A DNA stretch of 41,970 nt from Candidatus Hodarchaeum mangrovi (GTDB lineage: Archaea; Asgardarchaeota; Heimdallarchaeia; Hodarchaeales; Hodarchaeaceae), in contig JAEOUE010000302.1 in NCBI GenBank assembly GCA_016839515.1, positions 1 through 41,970 of the forward strand, read 5' to 3'. Below, in pieces: positions 29,999 through 39,348 of the stretch. How positions within the stretch are numbered: the stretch's first letter is position 1; each line of letters opens with the position of its first letter. The notes beneath the pieces were generated by a model, which saw only the letters and a list, made by a program, of their open reading frames with translations, had not been told where the DNA came from and did not search any database. Both the position numbers and the translations under genes were made by a program.

Positions 29999-30263
29999 AT
30001 TATCACTTCCAAATTTTATTATTCATTTGAACACGAACGTATGATAATTCTATTACCATTAAACACCTCTGAAGATGATTAAAACAGATCAAGAAAGATA
30101 TCTATCATAAATGTAATGCTTTCATCACCTTAGGGAAAAACAGACTCTTTTTAAGAGGTTATCCTACCATCTCAAAAATGATTGATTTTAGATATTCTAA
30201 TTAATTTTCATTTTCTTGGGAAATATTTCACTCTCTATACCTAGAAATCAAGGAGAATACAAA

Positions 30264-30803
30264 ATGGATTTCTTTGAAGTAGTAATTCGGAATAAAAGAT
30301 ATAAAAATTTTAATAAAGATCAAATAAGGCTAAATACTGATGAAATTAAGCAGTTAATCGCTTGTGCTCAACTTGCTCCTACAATTTCAGAAAATCAAAA
30401 TTATACTTTTATTATAATTGATGATTCAAAAATCAAACAGGACCTTATAGAACTAGTCAGTAATGCTGAATGGTTGATTAATGCCTCTATTATTTTAGCT
30501 GTTGTCGTTGTAACAGTTTCGGAAACCTCTGAAGATTTAGATGATACAAATATAATTGATGCAATTGTTGCAAGTGCCCAATTAATGATGGGTGCTACTG
30601 CGAATCATTTAGGCTGTGATTTAATCGTTGAGTTTAATCAAGAAGGCATTAAATCTTTATTAAATATAATTGATGAAAGATTAGAAGTTATTGCTTTGAT
30701 TCCAATCGGTAAAACTGAAGGTGAAGGATCAAAAGGTTATAAAAGATCTCTAAGTGAACTTAGTCATTATAATTCTCTTGGAAATCCATATCCCTATGAT
30801 TAG
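30264..30803 (+). CDS. Nitroreductase family protein
   Basis: AGGAG SD; RNKRYKNF, LAPTISENQNYTFIII, A..LMMGATANHLGC, LIPIG. Confidence 0.85.
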   Translation: MDFFEVVIRNKRYKNFNKDQIRLNTDEIKQLIACAQLAPTISENQNYTFIIIDDSKIKQDLIELVSNAEWLINASIILAVVVVTVSETSEDLDDTNIIDAIVASAQLMMGATANHLGCDLIVEFNQEGIKSLLNIIDERLEVIALIPIGKTEGEGSKGYKRSLSELSHYNSLGNPYPYD

Positions 30804-30822
30804 TTCTTTGGTGACAACCAAT

Positions 30823-31278
30823 ATGGATAAATCATCACTACCAGTAGATGTAGAGGGATATTTAATCGTTGAGGTTCAAAATTATCGTTTTGCGATTCCA
30901 ATAAGTTCATTAAATGGAATTGAACCATATAAAATGATGGAATTAAGGTCTTTTTACGAATATAATTATACTAAATCGTTTAAACGAGTTATTAATCTCG
31001 AATCACTTTTAAAATTAGAAAAACGGGAAGTAGTTATTACTGATCAGACGAGAATTTTGAATTATGTAAGAGAAAAAGGAAATGAAATAATTCGAGTAAG
31101 AATAGACCAAATAAGCGGATATATTAAAATAAATAAGAGGGATATTCAAAAGATTAATGAACCTCAAATGCCATTTATAACTCATTCAATAGATTTTTAT
31201 CAACAAACTATTCCGATATTAAATTTATTTAATATTATAAACAATGAAATATTACTCACTGAACATTCATTTAAATGA
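30823..31278 (+). CDS. CheW-like domain protein
   Basis: YLIVEVQNYRFAIPI, VINLESLLKL, VRIDQISG, IPILNL; GGTGA SD 8 nt before ATG 30823. Confidence 0.72.
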   Translation: MDKSSLPVDVEGYLIVEVQNYRFAIPISSLNGIEPYKMMELRSFYEYNYTKSFKRVINLESLLKLEKREVVITDQTRILNYVREKGNEIIRVRIDQISGYIKINKRDIQKINEPQMPFITHSIDFYQQTIPILNLFNIINNEILLTEHSFK

Positions 31279-31359
31279 ATAATAACTTTAGAGGATAATT
31301 GTGAAGGAGAAAAATATTAATAGGAAAAATATCGTTATTAATTTGAATAGGGGTAAAAT

Positions 31360-32808
31360 TTGAGTCAAAAAAGTAATATTCAGATAGTATTTACTCTATT
31401 CACAGAGAGAGCTAGACTTCATGCTTTCCTAAATTCCTCTCTCTCTCACTCTGCTACTTCCTTTAATCTTTTAATTTTCCAAAAGGAAGGAAATGATGTA
31501 GTATTTGATTCTAATATTTCTAATTCCTATAATATTATTACCTATACTGTGCCAAAATCTAAATTGATCTATTGGAAAACTAAATTTCATTCTTCTCTTG
31601 AATCCATATCAGTTGGGTCATCAATTAATGAAAAAATCTTCTATCTTTTAGATTTTACTTTAATTAAACCAACTAAAGGTTTTGTTAAATTTATTGAGCA
31701 AGAAATATCCAGTAGGTTAAGTTCAATCAATAAATCAATTACTATTTTTTCTCTTTTTCTTGAATCTAGTATGAGTAATAAAACAACAATTCAAATGGCA
31801 ATGGAATATCCATTTATCTGTTTAAATAACACTAATATTACCCCAAATTTTTTTTATGATGCTCAAAATCAAGGAAAATTTCCTAAAAGCTTTAGAGAGT
31901 TCTATCAACCCATTCAAATTCTCATTGAAGAACTGTCTAAAAGATCTTTAGAGTTAGAAAGCTTAAATAAAGAGATATTTTTATTATCAACACAGAACAG
32001 TATTCTTGAATCCACAGTCTCTGCGTATATTTCACAGGAAAAAATAGACAAGATTAAAAGCCCAGTTCAAGCTGATATTGTTTCTTTACTAAAGTACAAG
32101 GACTTGAAAGAGAAATTTGATCAAAAGTCACAAATGCTCTACACAATAACTCATGATTTAAAATCGCCTTTAGCTGCTATTCAAGGTTTTGCTGAAATTC
32201 TAAAACAGGGTCTAGCTGGACCGATAACTGATGAGATGGACAAACATCTGGGTATTATCATTTCAAATTCCAAACGGTTAGCACGAATGATCGGAAGTAT
32301 ACTTGAATATGAGCGCTATGATAGTAGTGATTATGAGATTACTAAAGAACGACTGAATATTAGCGAAGTCTTTAGTGAAGTAAAAATGAGTTTACTACCA
32401 CAAATGATCAGTCGGGGTCAAAAAATAGAGATTTTTGCTTCTGATCAACTCGAAATAATGGCAAGTAAAGAACTAATTATAAGAGCAGTGCAAAATCTTG
32501 TGGATAATGCAGTAAAGTACTCTCCTCCTGAAAAAGGAGAGATTAAAATGTTCGCAGAAGAGGTGGAAATAAAAGGTAAAATAACTGTTAAAATCACAAT
32601 TAAAGATAATGGTTTTGGGTTTACAAAAGAATCTTTAAAGAAAGTTTTTGAACCCTTTACAAAATTTGAACCTGGTTCTCAATCAACTGGCCTAGGGTTG
32701 TCAATTACAAAGAAAATAATTGAGGATATTCATGGGGGTTCAATTACGATTAATTCTCCTGGAAGAAATTTAGGAACTACTGTAGTGATCATATTACCAA
32801 AATTTTAG
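31360..32808 (+). CDS. Soluble sensor histidine kinase (uncharacterised N-domain, coiled coil, HisKA, HATPase_c)
   Basis: THDLKSPL (H box), NLVDNAVKY (N), DNGFG (G1), VFEPF (F), GLGLSI (G2); no TM helix. Confidence 0.93.
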   Translation: MSQKSNIQIVFTLFTERARLHAFLNSSLSHSATSFNLLIFQKEGNDVVFDSNISNSYNIITYTVPKSKLIYWKTKFHSSLESISVGSSINEKIFYLLDFTLIKPTKGFVKFIEQEISSRLSSINKSITIFSLFLESSMSNKTTIQMAMEYPFICLNNTNITPNFFYDAQNQGKFPKSFREFYQPIQILIEELSKRSLELESLNKEIFLLSTQNSILESTVSAYISQEKIDKIKSPVQADIVSLLKYKDLKEKFDQKSQMLYTITHDLKSPLAAIQGFAEILKQGLAGPITDEMDKHLGIIISNSKRLARMIGSILEYERYDSSDYEITKERLNISEVFSEVKMSLLPQMISRGQKIEIFASDQLEIMASKELIIRAVQNLVDNAVKYSPPEKGEIKMFAEEVEIKGKITVKITIKDNGFGFTKESLKKVFEPFTKFEPGSQSTGLGLSITKKIIEDIHGGSITINSPGRNLGTTVVIILPKF

Positions 32809-32887
32809 AAATCCTCCCATGAGTAGAATTCAATAATTTATAACATATAATTTAAATGGAATAATTTATTGAATGGAATGAAAGAGA

Positions 32888-33220
32888 ATGCAAATCAATC
32901 CACTTAAACTCCTAGAAAAAGAGTTTATATTATTAGTTCTTCAATATCTCCATCTTAATCCAAATGGTCGAACATTAGAGCAAATTTCTTCATCAGTAGA
33001 TCATAATGTTGACCCATCGATTATTAATTCTTGTTTAAAGACATTATATGATCTTGGATTGGTAATTATTTTACAGGGTGAAGAGGAATTTTCAATTCTT
33101 TATGCACTTACAGGTAAAGGAAGGTATGCAAGTGAAATTGTCTGGGATCTATTCCGAATAATTATCAATCCACAAGATTCAGATGATTTAGGTGGAGATG
33201 TTCTCGATTTTTATCGATAA
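32888..33220 (+). CDS. Winged-helix protein (HxlR/MarR-like)
   Basis: LKTLYDLGLV...YALTGKG wing signature. Confidence 0.72.
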   Translation: MQINPLKLLEKEFILLVLQYLHLNPNGRTLEQISSSVDHNVDPSIINSCLKTLYDLGLVIILQGEEEFSILYALTGKGRYASEIVWDLFRIIINPQDSDDLGGDVLDFYR

Positions 33221-33283
33221 TTTTTGAGAAATTATCCAAAATGTACAGTAATTGATATATTTTCTCACTAAGAGCGTTTATTT

Positions 33284-34309
33284 ATGTCTTTTGCAGACCC
33301 CAAGCTACAGGCCTTACTTAAAAAACAGAAATATCAGTTATATGGTAAAAACACAGCAGTTAAGAAGTGTAATTGGGCTCATAACGCGTTAAAACAAGAT
33401 CTGTATTGTTATAAACGATTTTATGGCATACACTCACATCGATGTATTCAATTTAGTCCTACTCTTATTTGCAATTTTACCTGTCAATTTTGTTGGAGGA
33501 TTCATGAGTCAGATATTGGAATAAAAAGCATGTTTCAAAAATATAAGTCCATGAATTCTGATGATTTAAGAGAAATCTTTGATCCTCCAGAAGAGGTAGT
33601 AAAAGGAATAATATGGGGTCAACAGAGAATTATGTGTGGTTATAAGCCTTTTATTACTCCTGAGAAATACCTAGAGGCAATGACTCCTAGACATGCAACT
33701 TTAAGTCTTACTGGAGAACCTTTTCTCTACCCTTGGATTCCTGAACTTATTGATAAATTGAAAAAAGCTGGATTAACTGTATTTATTGTAACAAATGGTA
33801 CTTATCCTGATATATTGAGAGAAATACTTATTAAAAAGAGTTATCCTACTCAATTCTATGTAACCCTCCCTACTCCAGATATAAAAGATTTTTTGAATAT
33901 ACATCGACCATTAGAAAAAGAAAAGGCTTATTATCAAATTCTAGAAACTCTCAAAATAGTTGGAAACGGAGTTCCTTTTCGTACAGTTGGTCGTTTGACC
34001 GTTGCGGATGGTTTAAATCTTGATAACGCATTAGGATATGCTTCCTTAATTAAACTTATGAAACCTTCTTTCATTGAGGTAAAAGGAGTTGTTCATGTTG
34101 GTGCAGCAGAGAAGCGATTACCAAGATCTGCAATGCCTCAACATGAAAAAATTTATGAATTTTCAAAAGAATTAGAATCTTTAACTGGATATAGCATTAT
34201 AAAAGAATCTAGTGTTAGTAGATTAATAATTTTAACAAATTATTCTGAAAATCTAATTGTTCCTCAACTTGAAAGTAATTTCCATAATTTACCAGTATTA
34301 AATGATTAA
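33284..34309 (+). CDS. taw1: tRNA 4-demethylwyosine synthase (radical SAM)
   Basis: AVKKCNW, CYKRFYGIHSHRCIQ, CNFTCQFCWR, SLTGEP, VTNGT, FIEVKG. Confidence 0.95.
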   Translation: MSFADPKLQALLKKQKYQLYGKNTAVKKCNWAHNALKQDLYCYKRFYGIHSHRCIQFSPTLICNFTCQFCWRIHESDIGIKSMFQKYKSMNSDDLREIFDPPEEVVKGIIWGQQRIMCGYKPFITPEKYLEAMTPRHATLSLTGEPFLYPWIPELIDKLKKAGLTVFIVTNGTYPDILREILIKKSYPTQFYVTLPTPDIKDFLNIHRPLEKEKAYYQILETLKIVGNGVPFRTVGRLTVADGLNLDNALGYASLIKLMKPSFIEVKGVVHVGAAEKRLPRSAMPQHEKIYEFSKELESLTGYSIIKESSVSRLIILTNYSENLIVPQLESNFHNLPVLND

Positions 34310-34435
34310 GATTCGTTTGAATTTAATGCACTTGGGCTTTAATGAGGTTGAAAAAAGAGATTCAGGTAAAATTATCTAGTATCAATTACTTTATTAAATA
34401 CTATCACTTCATTATTTTCAAAAGGTGAATAGGTT

Positions 34436-34636
34436 TTGGAGCTCACAGAAAAAACAATTGACTCCTGCACAAGAATACGCTTGAAGTCTGGTGAAAGTAT
34501 TGAAATCCACTTAATAACTAATGATACGGGAAAAAAAAGTTTAATTTTTGAAAAAAAAGATAGTTCGCTTATTCTTGGGCATAAAGAGATGAATGATTTC
34601 ATAAATCTTTTTGCAGAGTTCTTGAACGAGATGTAA
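34436..34636 (+). CDS. Small hypothetical protein, possible PC4/PUR-like fold
   Basis: AGGTGA SD plus TTG; four short beta strands followed by LILGHKEMNDFINLF helix. Confidence 0.65.
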   Translation: MELTEKTIDSCTRIRLKSGESIEIHLITNDTGKKSLIFEKKDSSLILGHKEMNDFINLFAEFLNEM

Positions 34637-34649
34637 TAGGTGATTTCGA

Positions 34650-35684
34650 ATGGAGATTGAATATCAAGATAAAGAAAGTATAACATGGTGTTTAGATCGA
34701 GAAGGGCCTAGAATTTGTTTATTAGCAATCCGAAAAGCGCAAAAGATTGAAAAAATAAAGATTGAGTCTGAATCTTTCGCCTTGGAATTAGATGGTGAGG
34801 AAGTTGGAGTCTTTTTAGACATTTTACGAAAAGTAACAGGTATCAAAGAACTCCCATTAATTAAAACTGAGAAGTTAAGGAAAGAAAAAGAAGATTTAAT
34901 TATAGATCATTCAATATTATCCCAAATAGAATCTCATGAAGAGATTCAAGAAACTCCAGATGACTATTCTGATCAAGTAATAATTCCCCCACTGATTGAT
35001 CAAACAGATAAAATTACTATTCAGGATGCTGATGACTCTACTCATTTTGAAGAAGGATATAAAGTAGAAACTACATTAGAAGACGATGTGGAAGCGACTG
35101 TAGATGATATAAGCCAAAAATATTTTGCGGAAGTCTTAGAACCACGTCCTCCTGAAATTCCTGCCACATCAGAAATTCTAGAGATACTCAAAAAAACTGA
35201 ATCCGCGGTTGATAAAATATTAATGGCTGAAGACGTGAAAGAAGAAATTATTGATCCAACTGAAGATGTTGCATCTTTTTTTCGTGAATCCCGTCAAAAA
35301 TCTCCACTTGAAGAACTTCTAGATAAGGATGGAAACATTCGTGAGGATTTAGGAGATCCAATAAAAGTTCCTGACTATACTAAAAAGATTGAAGCATTTA
35401 AAGACTTAGATGAGACTGAAAAATCCTTAGATCACCAAACAGAGTCATTTATAAAGAAATTTGATACAAAAGATGCCTTAAATATTCTTGATTCTTCTCA
35501 AAAAGAAAAAGTGGAATCAAAGGATTCAATTGAAGAAGAGTTTCAACCATCAAGTCAAATATCAATCCAAAAAGATTCTACTCCTAGAGTAGAATATCAA
35601 ACTGAAGCTGAAAGACGAGCAGCTATTGAAAAGGAAAGAGCTGAACGACGTCGTCGTTTATGGGAATTGACCAGAGGATTCTAA
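34650..35684 (+). CDS. Hypothetical protein: small N-terminal domain, long acidic disordered region, basic C-terminal helix
   Basis: AGGTGA SD; D/E/P-rich residues ~70-315; ends ERRAAIEKERAERRRRLWELTRGF. Confidence 0.8.
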   Translation: MEIEYQDKESITWCLDREGPRICLLAIRKAQKIEKIKIESESFALELDGEEVGVFLDILRKVTGIKELPLIKTEKLRKEKEDLIIDHSILSQIESHEEIQETPDDYSDQVIIPPLIDQTDKITIQDADDSTHFEEGYKVETTLEDDVEATVDDISQKYFAEVLEPRPPEIPATSEILEILKKTESAVDKILMAEDVKEEIIDPTEDVASFFRESRQKSPLEELLDKDGNIREDLGDPIKVPDYTKKIEAFKDLDETEKSLDHQTESFIKKFDTKDALNILDSSQKEKVESKDSIEEEFQPSSQISIQKDSTPRVEYQTEAERRAAIEKERAERRRRLWELTRGF

Positions 35685-35762
35685 AAAAATTTAATTATGT
35701 TTTATAATTGAATTTCAACCTCATTCATTAAATTTTTAGGATATTTTCACTTATTTGGACGA

Positions 35763-36980
35763 ATGGAGGAATATTCTATTCATAATTCAGAGAAAGAAAT
35801 AACCAAAGTAATCGTTATTTTACATGCCTATCAGCCACCGACTCAAGAGGAAAAAATACTCGATAGGATTGTTAAAAATTGCTATCTCCCTGTAATAAGT
35901 TCACTATTAGAAAATTCAAATTTTAAGATAACATTAAATATTAACGCAAGTTTAGTTGAGCTTTTAGAACCAAAATATCCCAATATTATTGAAGAACTCA
36001 TAACACTAGCAGAAAATAAACAACTTGAATTCCTAGAAACAGGGGCTTATCATCCAATTCTCCCCTTATTATCAGAGAAAGAAGCAAAGTTACAGATTGA
36101 GATGAATAATAGAATAAATTCTGGAGTATTTGGGAAGGTTTGGATGCCAAAGGGATTTTGGCCACCTGAATTAGCAGTTTCTAAAGCTCTTGCTACATTA
36201 GTTGAGTCATTGGGGTATCATTATATGGTTGTACCAGAGATTTCCGTTAGTTCAAACACACCATTTCCCATCCCTTTATTAACTAGGGTTTCTGTTTACC
36301 CTAATGCTCCTCATCTTAGTTTAATCAACCGAAATCACGAAATTTCTAACAATATATCCTTTAAAAAATATCCTTCAATAGATAATTTAAAAGAACACAT
36401 TAAAATGCTAAAAATTTCCCAACCTGAAGGCGTTGTCGTTATTGCCACTGATCTAGAAACCTTTGGGGAGCATCATTTGAATTATGACAAATTCTTAGTT
36501 AAAATTTTGCAATCCTTTGATTTATGTACCGCCTCAACACTTTTAACAATGCCTAAGCAACCTATAGTACAATTTCGAGAAAGTAGCTGGAGTACTTCTG
36601 AAGAGGATCTTTATCGGAATATTCCATATCCTCTTTGGAGTTATCCAGGAAATTCGATTCATGACCTACTCAATATTCATCAAGACTTGCTTTCAAATGC
36701 CATTGCTCTTTTATTAGCTAAAAAAGATGAAAATGATTATGATGTGAAAATTGCATTAAAAGAACATGCAAAAGCTCAATATTCCTGCGTGAGCTGGTGG
36801 GCTTCTACAAAAGATCATTTTAGTAAAAAAATGATAGTAGAGGGGTTTCATTCTCAAAAAAAAGCTCTAAAAAAAATATTAGAAGCTCTTAATGGTCATT
36901 TAATTGAAGAATCAGTTTTACTGAAATTTTCTAATGATATCGGGAGGCGTATTGAACAGTATTTATCCCGAATAAGGTGA
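35763..36980 (+). CDS. Glycoside hydrolase family 57
   Basis: HAYQP, EFLETGAYHPILPL, GFWPPELA (nucleophile), TDLETFGEH (acid/base). Confidence 0.92.
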   Translation: MEEYSIHNSEKEITKVIVILHAYQPPTQEEKILDRIVKNCYLPVISSLLENSNFKITLNINASLVELLEPKYPNIIEELITLAENKQLEFLETGAYHPILPLLSEKEAKLQIEMNNRINSGVFGKVWMPKGFWPPELAVSKALATLVESLGYHYMVVPEISVSSNTPFPIPLLTRVSVYPNAPHLSLINRNHEISNNISFKKYPSIDNLKEHIKMLKISQPEGVVVIATDLETFGEHHLNYDKFLVKILQSFDLCTASTLLTMPKQPIVQFRESSWSTSEEDLYRNIPYPLWSYPGNSIHDLLNIHQDLLSNAIALLLAKKDENDYDVKIALKEHAKAQYSCVSWWASTKDHFSKKMIVEGFHSQKKALKKILEALNGHLIEESVLLKFSNDIGRRIEQYLSRIR

Positions 36981-36983
36981 TTT

Positions 36984-38342
36984 TTGGGTGAAAGGTTGAT
37001 GGATGGCATTAAAATTCTTAAAAAATTAATTTCATATGATACTATCAATGATCCTACAAATAATCGGTTCCCTAATGGTAAAATACTTGATTATTTAGAT
37101 AAACTTCTGAAAGAATGGAATCCTGGATATAGGGCTAAAATTTTTGATATAAATAATTATAAATCAATCTATTTTGCCCCTACTCTTAAGAATCCTGTAG
37201 ATATCCTTTTCATGGGTCATTTGGATGTAGTACCAGTTTCTAAAGAATGGATCTCTGATCCTTTTGATTTAAAAATTGAGAATAAAATAGCCTATGGTCG
37301 TGGAACCAAAGATTGTAAAGGTTCAATAGTTTCCTGCCTATTAGCTTTAAAATCACTAATAGAGGAACACAATCATATAATACAGAAAATAGGCTTTTAT
37401 TTTTCTTCTGATGAAGAAACTGGAGGACAATATGGAGCTAAAATGTTTTTCGATTGGTTAAAAAAAGAGAATTTATCCCCCTTATATGTTATAAATGTTG
37501 ATGGGGGACCACGTGTAGTGAATAAACGTAGAGCTGGTTTTGGAGTTAAAATACATCTTCCATCTAATCGTCAAAAAATTAAAGGGAGATTATATTCCAA
37601 GAATTTTAATACCCGAATTCTAGAAGATGATAACCGCCATAGTGCATATTTTGTAAAAGGATGTGACACTCATGCAGCTATATCTCTATCAAAGTTTCTT
37701 CATTTAAACAGAAATTTAAAAGTTCATTCGATTTATGGGTCTTGGATAAAAGGAAATGTTATTCCAGATCAAATAACTGTTGAATTAATAGATCCTGTAA
37801 ACGAAGGAACTGAATTCATTGAATATGATGATAATCTTGCACAGATTTTAACTGCTTTACGAAGTATAGTTCTCTTACATGTCCCAACCAAAATAATCAG
37901 TGAATTCGGAATAACTGTTAATCCAAATATAATTTCTTATTCAGAAATTGATGGAACTACCATATATTTTGATGTTCGTTTATTTTTGCCTTCTGAAGAA
38001 AAAGAATTATTAATTGAATCATTTAAAGCTCAACTGGGGTCCTTAAAAGCAATAACAACGATTTCTTGTCCTGGAACTTCTGGATATTTTTATACAGATA
38101 AAACTTCCCACCTTGTATCTGTTGCTGAAAATGTATTACATGATTATAATTTGATTAGTGATTCCTGTGAGCAAGAAGGAGCTTCAGATTCACGTTATAC
38201 AAATGGAATCCCTGTGATTGATTTAGGACCATTTGGGGGTAATGTTCACGGTTCAAATGAGTTTATTAACTTGGAATCTTTAGTGATGTTTTCTAATATC
38301 TATAAAGAGATAATTAAAAGGTTGATTAAAGAAGAAAAATAA
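36984..38342 (+). CDS. M20 metallopeptidase/deacylase (ArgE/DapE-like) (ATG 36999 alternative start)
   Basis: GHLDVVP, GRGTKDCKG, DEETGG, GASDSRY, HGSNE. Confidence 0.92.
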   Translation: MGERLMDGIKILKKLISYDTINDPTNNRFPNGKILDYLDKLLKEWNPGYRAKIFDINNYKSIYFAPTLKNPVDILFMGHLDVVPVSKEWISDPFDLKIENKIAYGRGTKDCKGSIVSCLLALKSLIEEHNHIIQKIGFYFSSDEETGGQYGAKMFFDWLKKENLSPLYVINVDGGPRVVNKRRAGFGVKIHLPSNRQKIKGRLYSKNFNTRILEDDNRHSAYFVKGCDTHAAISLSKFLHLNRNLKVHSIYGSWIKGNVIPDQITVELIDPVNEGTEFIEYDDNLAQILTALRSIVLLHVPTKIISEFGITVNPNIISYSEIDGTTIYFDVRLFLPSEEKELLIESFKAQLGSLKAITTISCPGTSGYFYTDKTSHLVSVAENVLHDYNLISDSCEQEGASDSRYTNGIPVIDLGPFGGNVHGSNEFINLESLVMFSNIYKEIIKRLIKEEK

Positions 38343-38475
38343 AATTCCTTTCTATTACAACATCTGTCTTAATAATATGATTTCTTACGATATTTAATTC
38401 TCTTATTATACGAAGATTTAATTAGGGATGATATTTTTTGGACTTCTTGTAAGAAAAAATTATGGTCAATTATCA

Positions 38476-39270
38476 ATGTTACCACCAAATGCCATTTATA
38501 ATATAGATTGCAGGGAAGGATTGACCCAAATACCACAAGAGTCAATTGATTTACTATTAACCGATCCTCCTTTTGGTATTGATTTCCAAAATGTAGGATC
38601 ACAATATAATAGAAAACAGAAGGAGCTAGGGCATAATTATATTGAAATACCTGAAAATGAATACTATGAGTTCACATTAAGTTGGATTAAAGCTGCCTAT
38701 AACATCATGAAACCAACTGCAAGTGGTTTTATTTTCTCTGGTTGGAATAATCTAAGCGATATCTTGAATGTTTTGACAGAAGTAGGATTTCGGTTGGTTA
38801 ATCATATTATTTGGAAATATCAATTTGGTGTTTTCACAAAAAACCGTTTCACATCAAGTCATTATCATATATTATATATAACAAAGCTTTCTGAAAAAGA
38901 TGACAAAACCAGAATATTTAATCGTCTTCCAGAATATTCAAATTCTAAATTACCTGGGAAATTATATTTTGAAGATGTATGGTACATTAATCGTGATTAT
39001 CAGAAAGGAGGAAAGAAAACTCCAACAAGGTTACCTCTTGAAGTAACTGATAAATGTTTATTAATTGGGAGTAAAGAAGGAGATATGATTTTAGAACCGT
39101 TTTGTGGTAGTGGATCAGTAATTTTATCTTGTATAAAACATAAACGTCAATACTATGGATTTGAACTTTCGAAACCAATTTTTGATGTAGCTGAAACTCG
39201 AATCAACGAATTCAAGCAACAATTAGACAGTAAGAAATATAAATTAGACATTTTCTTGAAGGAAATTTAG
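38476..39270 (+). CDS. Site-specific DNA methyltransferase, N4-C/N6-A, beta class (orphan)
   Basis: DCREGL, TDPPF catalytic motif preceding EPFCGSGS SAM-binding motif, DVW, PTRLP. Confidence 0.9.
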   Translation: MLPPNAIYNIDCREGLTQIPQESIDLLLTDPPFGIDFQNVGSQYNRKQKELGHNYIEIPENEYYEFTLSWIKAAYNIMKPTASGFIFSGWNNLSDILNVLTEVGFRLVNHIIWKYQFGVFTKNRFTSSHYHILYITKLSEKDDKTRIFNRLPEYSNSKLPGKLYFEDVWYINRDYQKGGKKTPTRLPLEVTDKCLLIGSKEGDMILEPFCGSGSVILSCIKHKRQYYGFELSKPIFDVAETRINEFKQQLDSKKYKLDIFLKEI

Positions 39271-39348
39271 AAATAAGATTATAAAAATTTTAAATGCGAG
39301 TTTCTTTTACCATAAGGCTGGATTTAAATATAAATACGGTGGAACTGA

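Noticed and set aside
647-39178. Short antisense or overlapping ORFs in the track (647, 1028, 2195, 2940, 4423, 12153, 12422, 12742, 13701, 13747, 14841, 15330, 15625, 16254, 17418, 19286, 23815, 27036, 28374, 34372, 34664, 38369, 38987)
   Set aside because: They are shadows of well-supported genes, with no motifs of their own.
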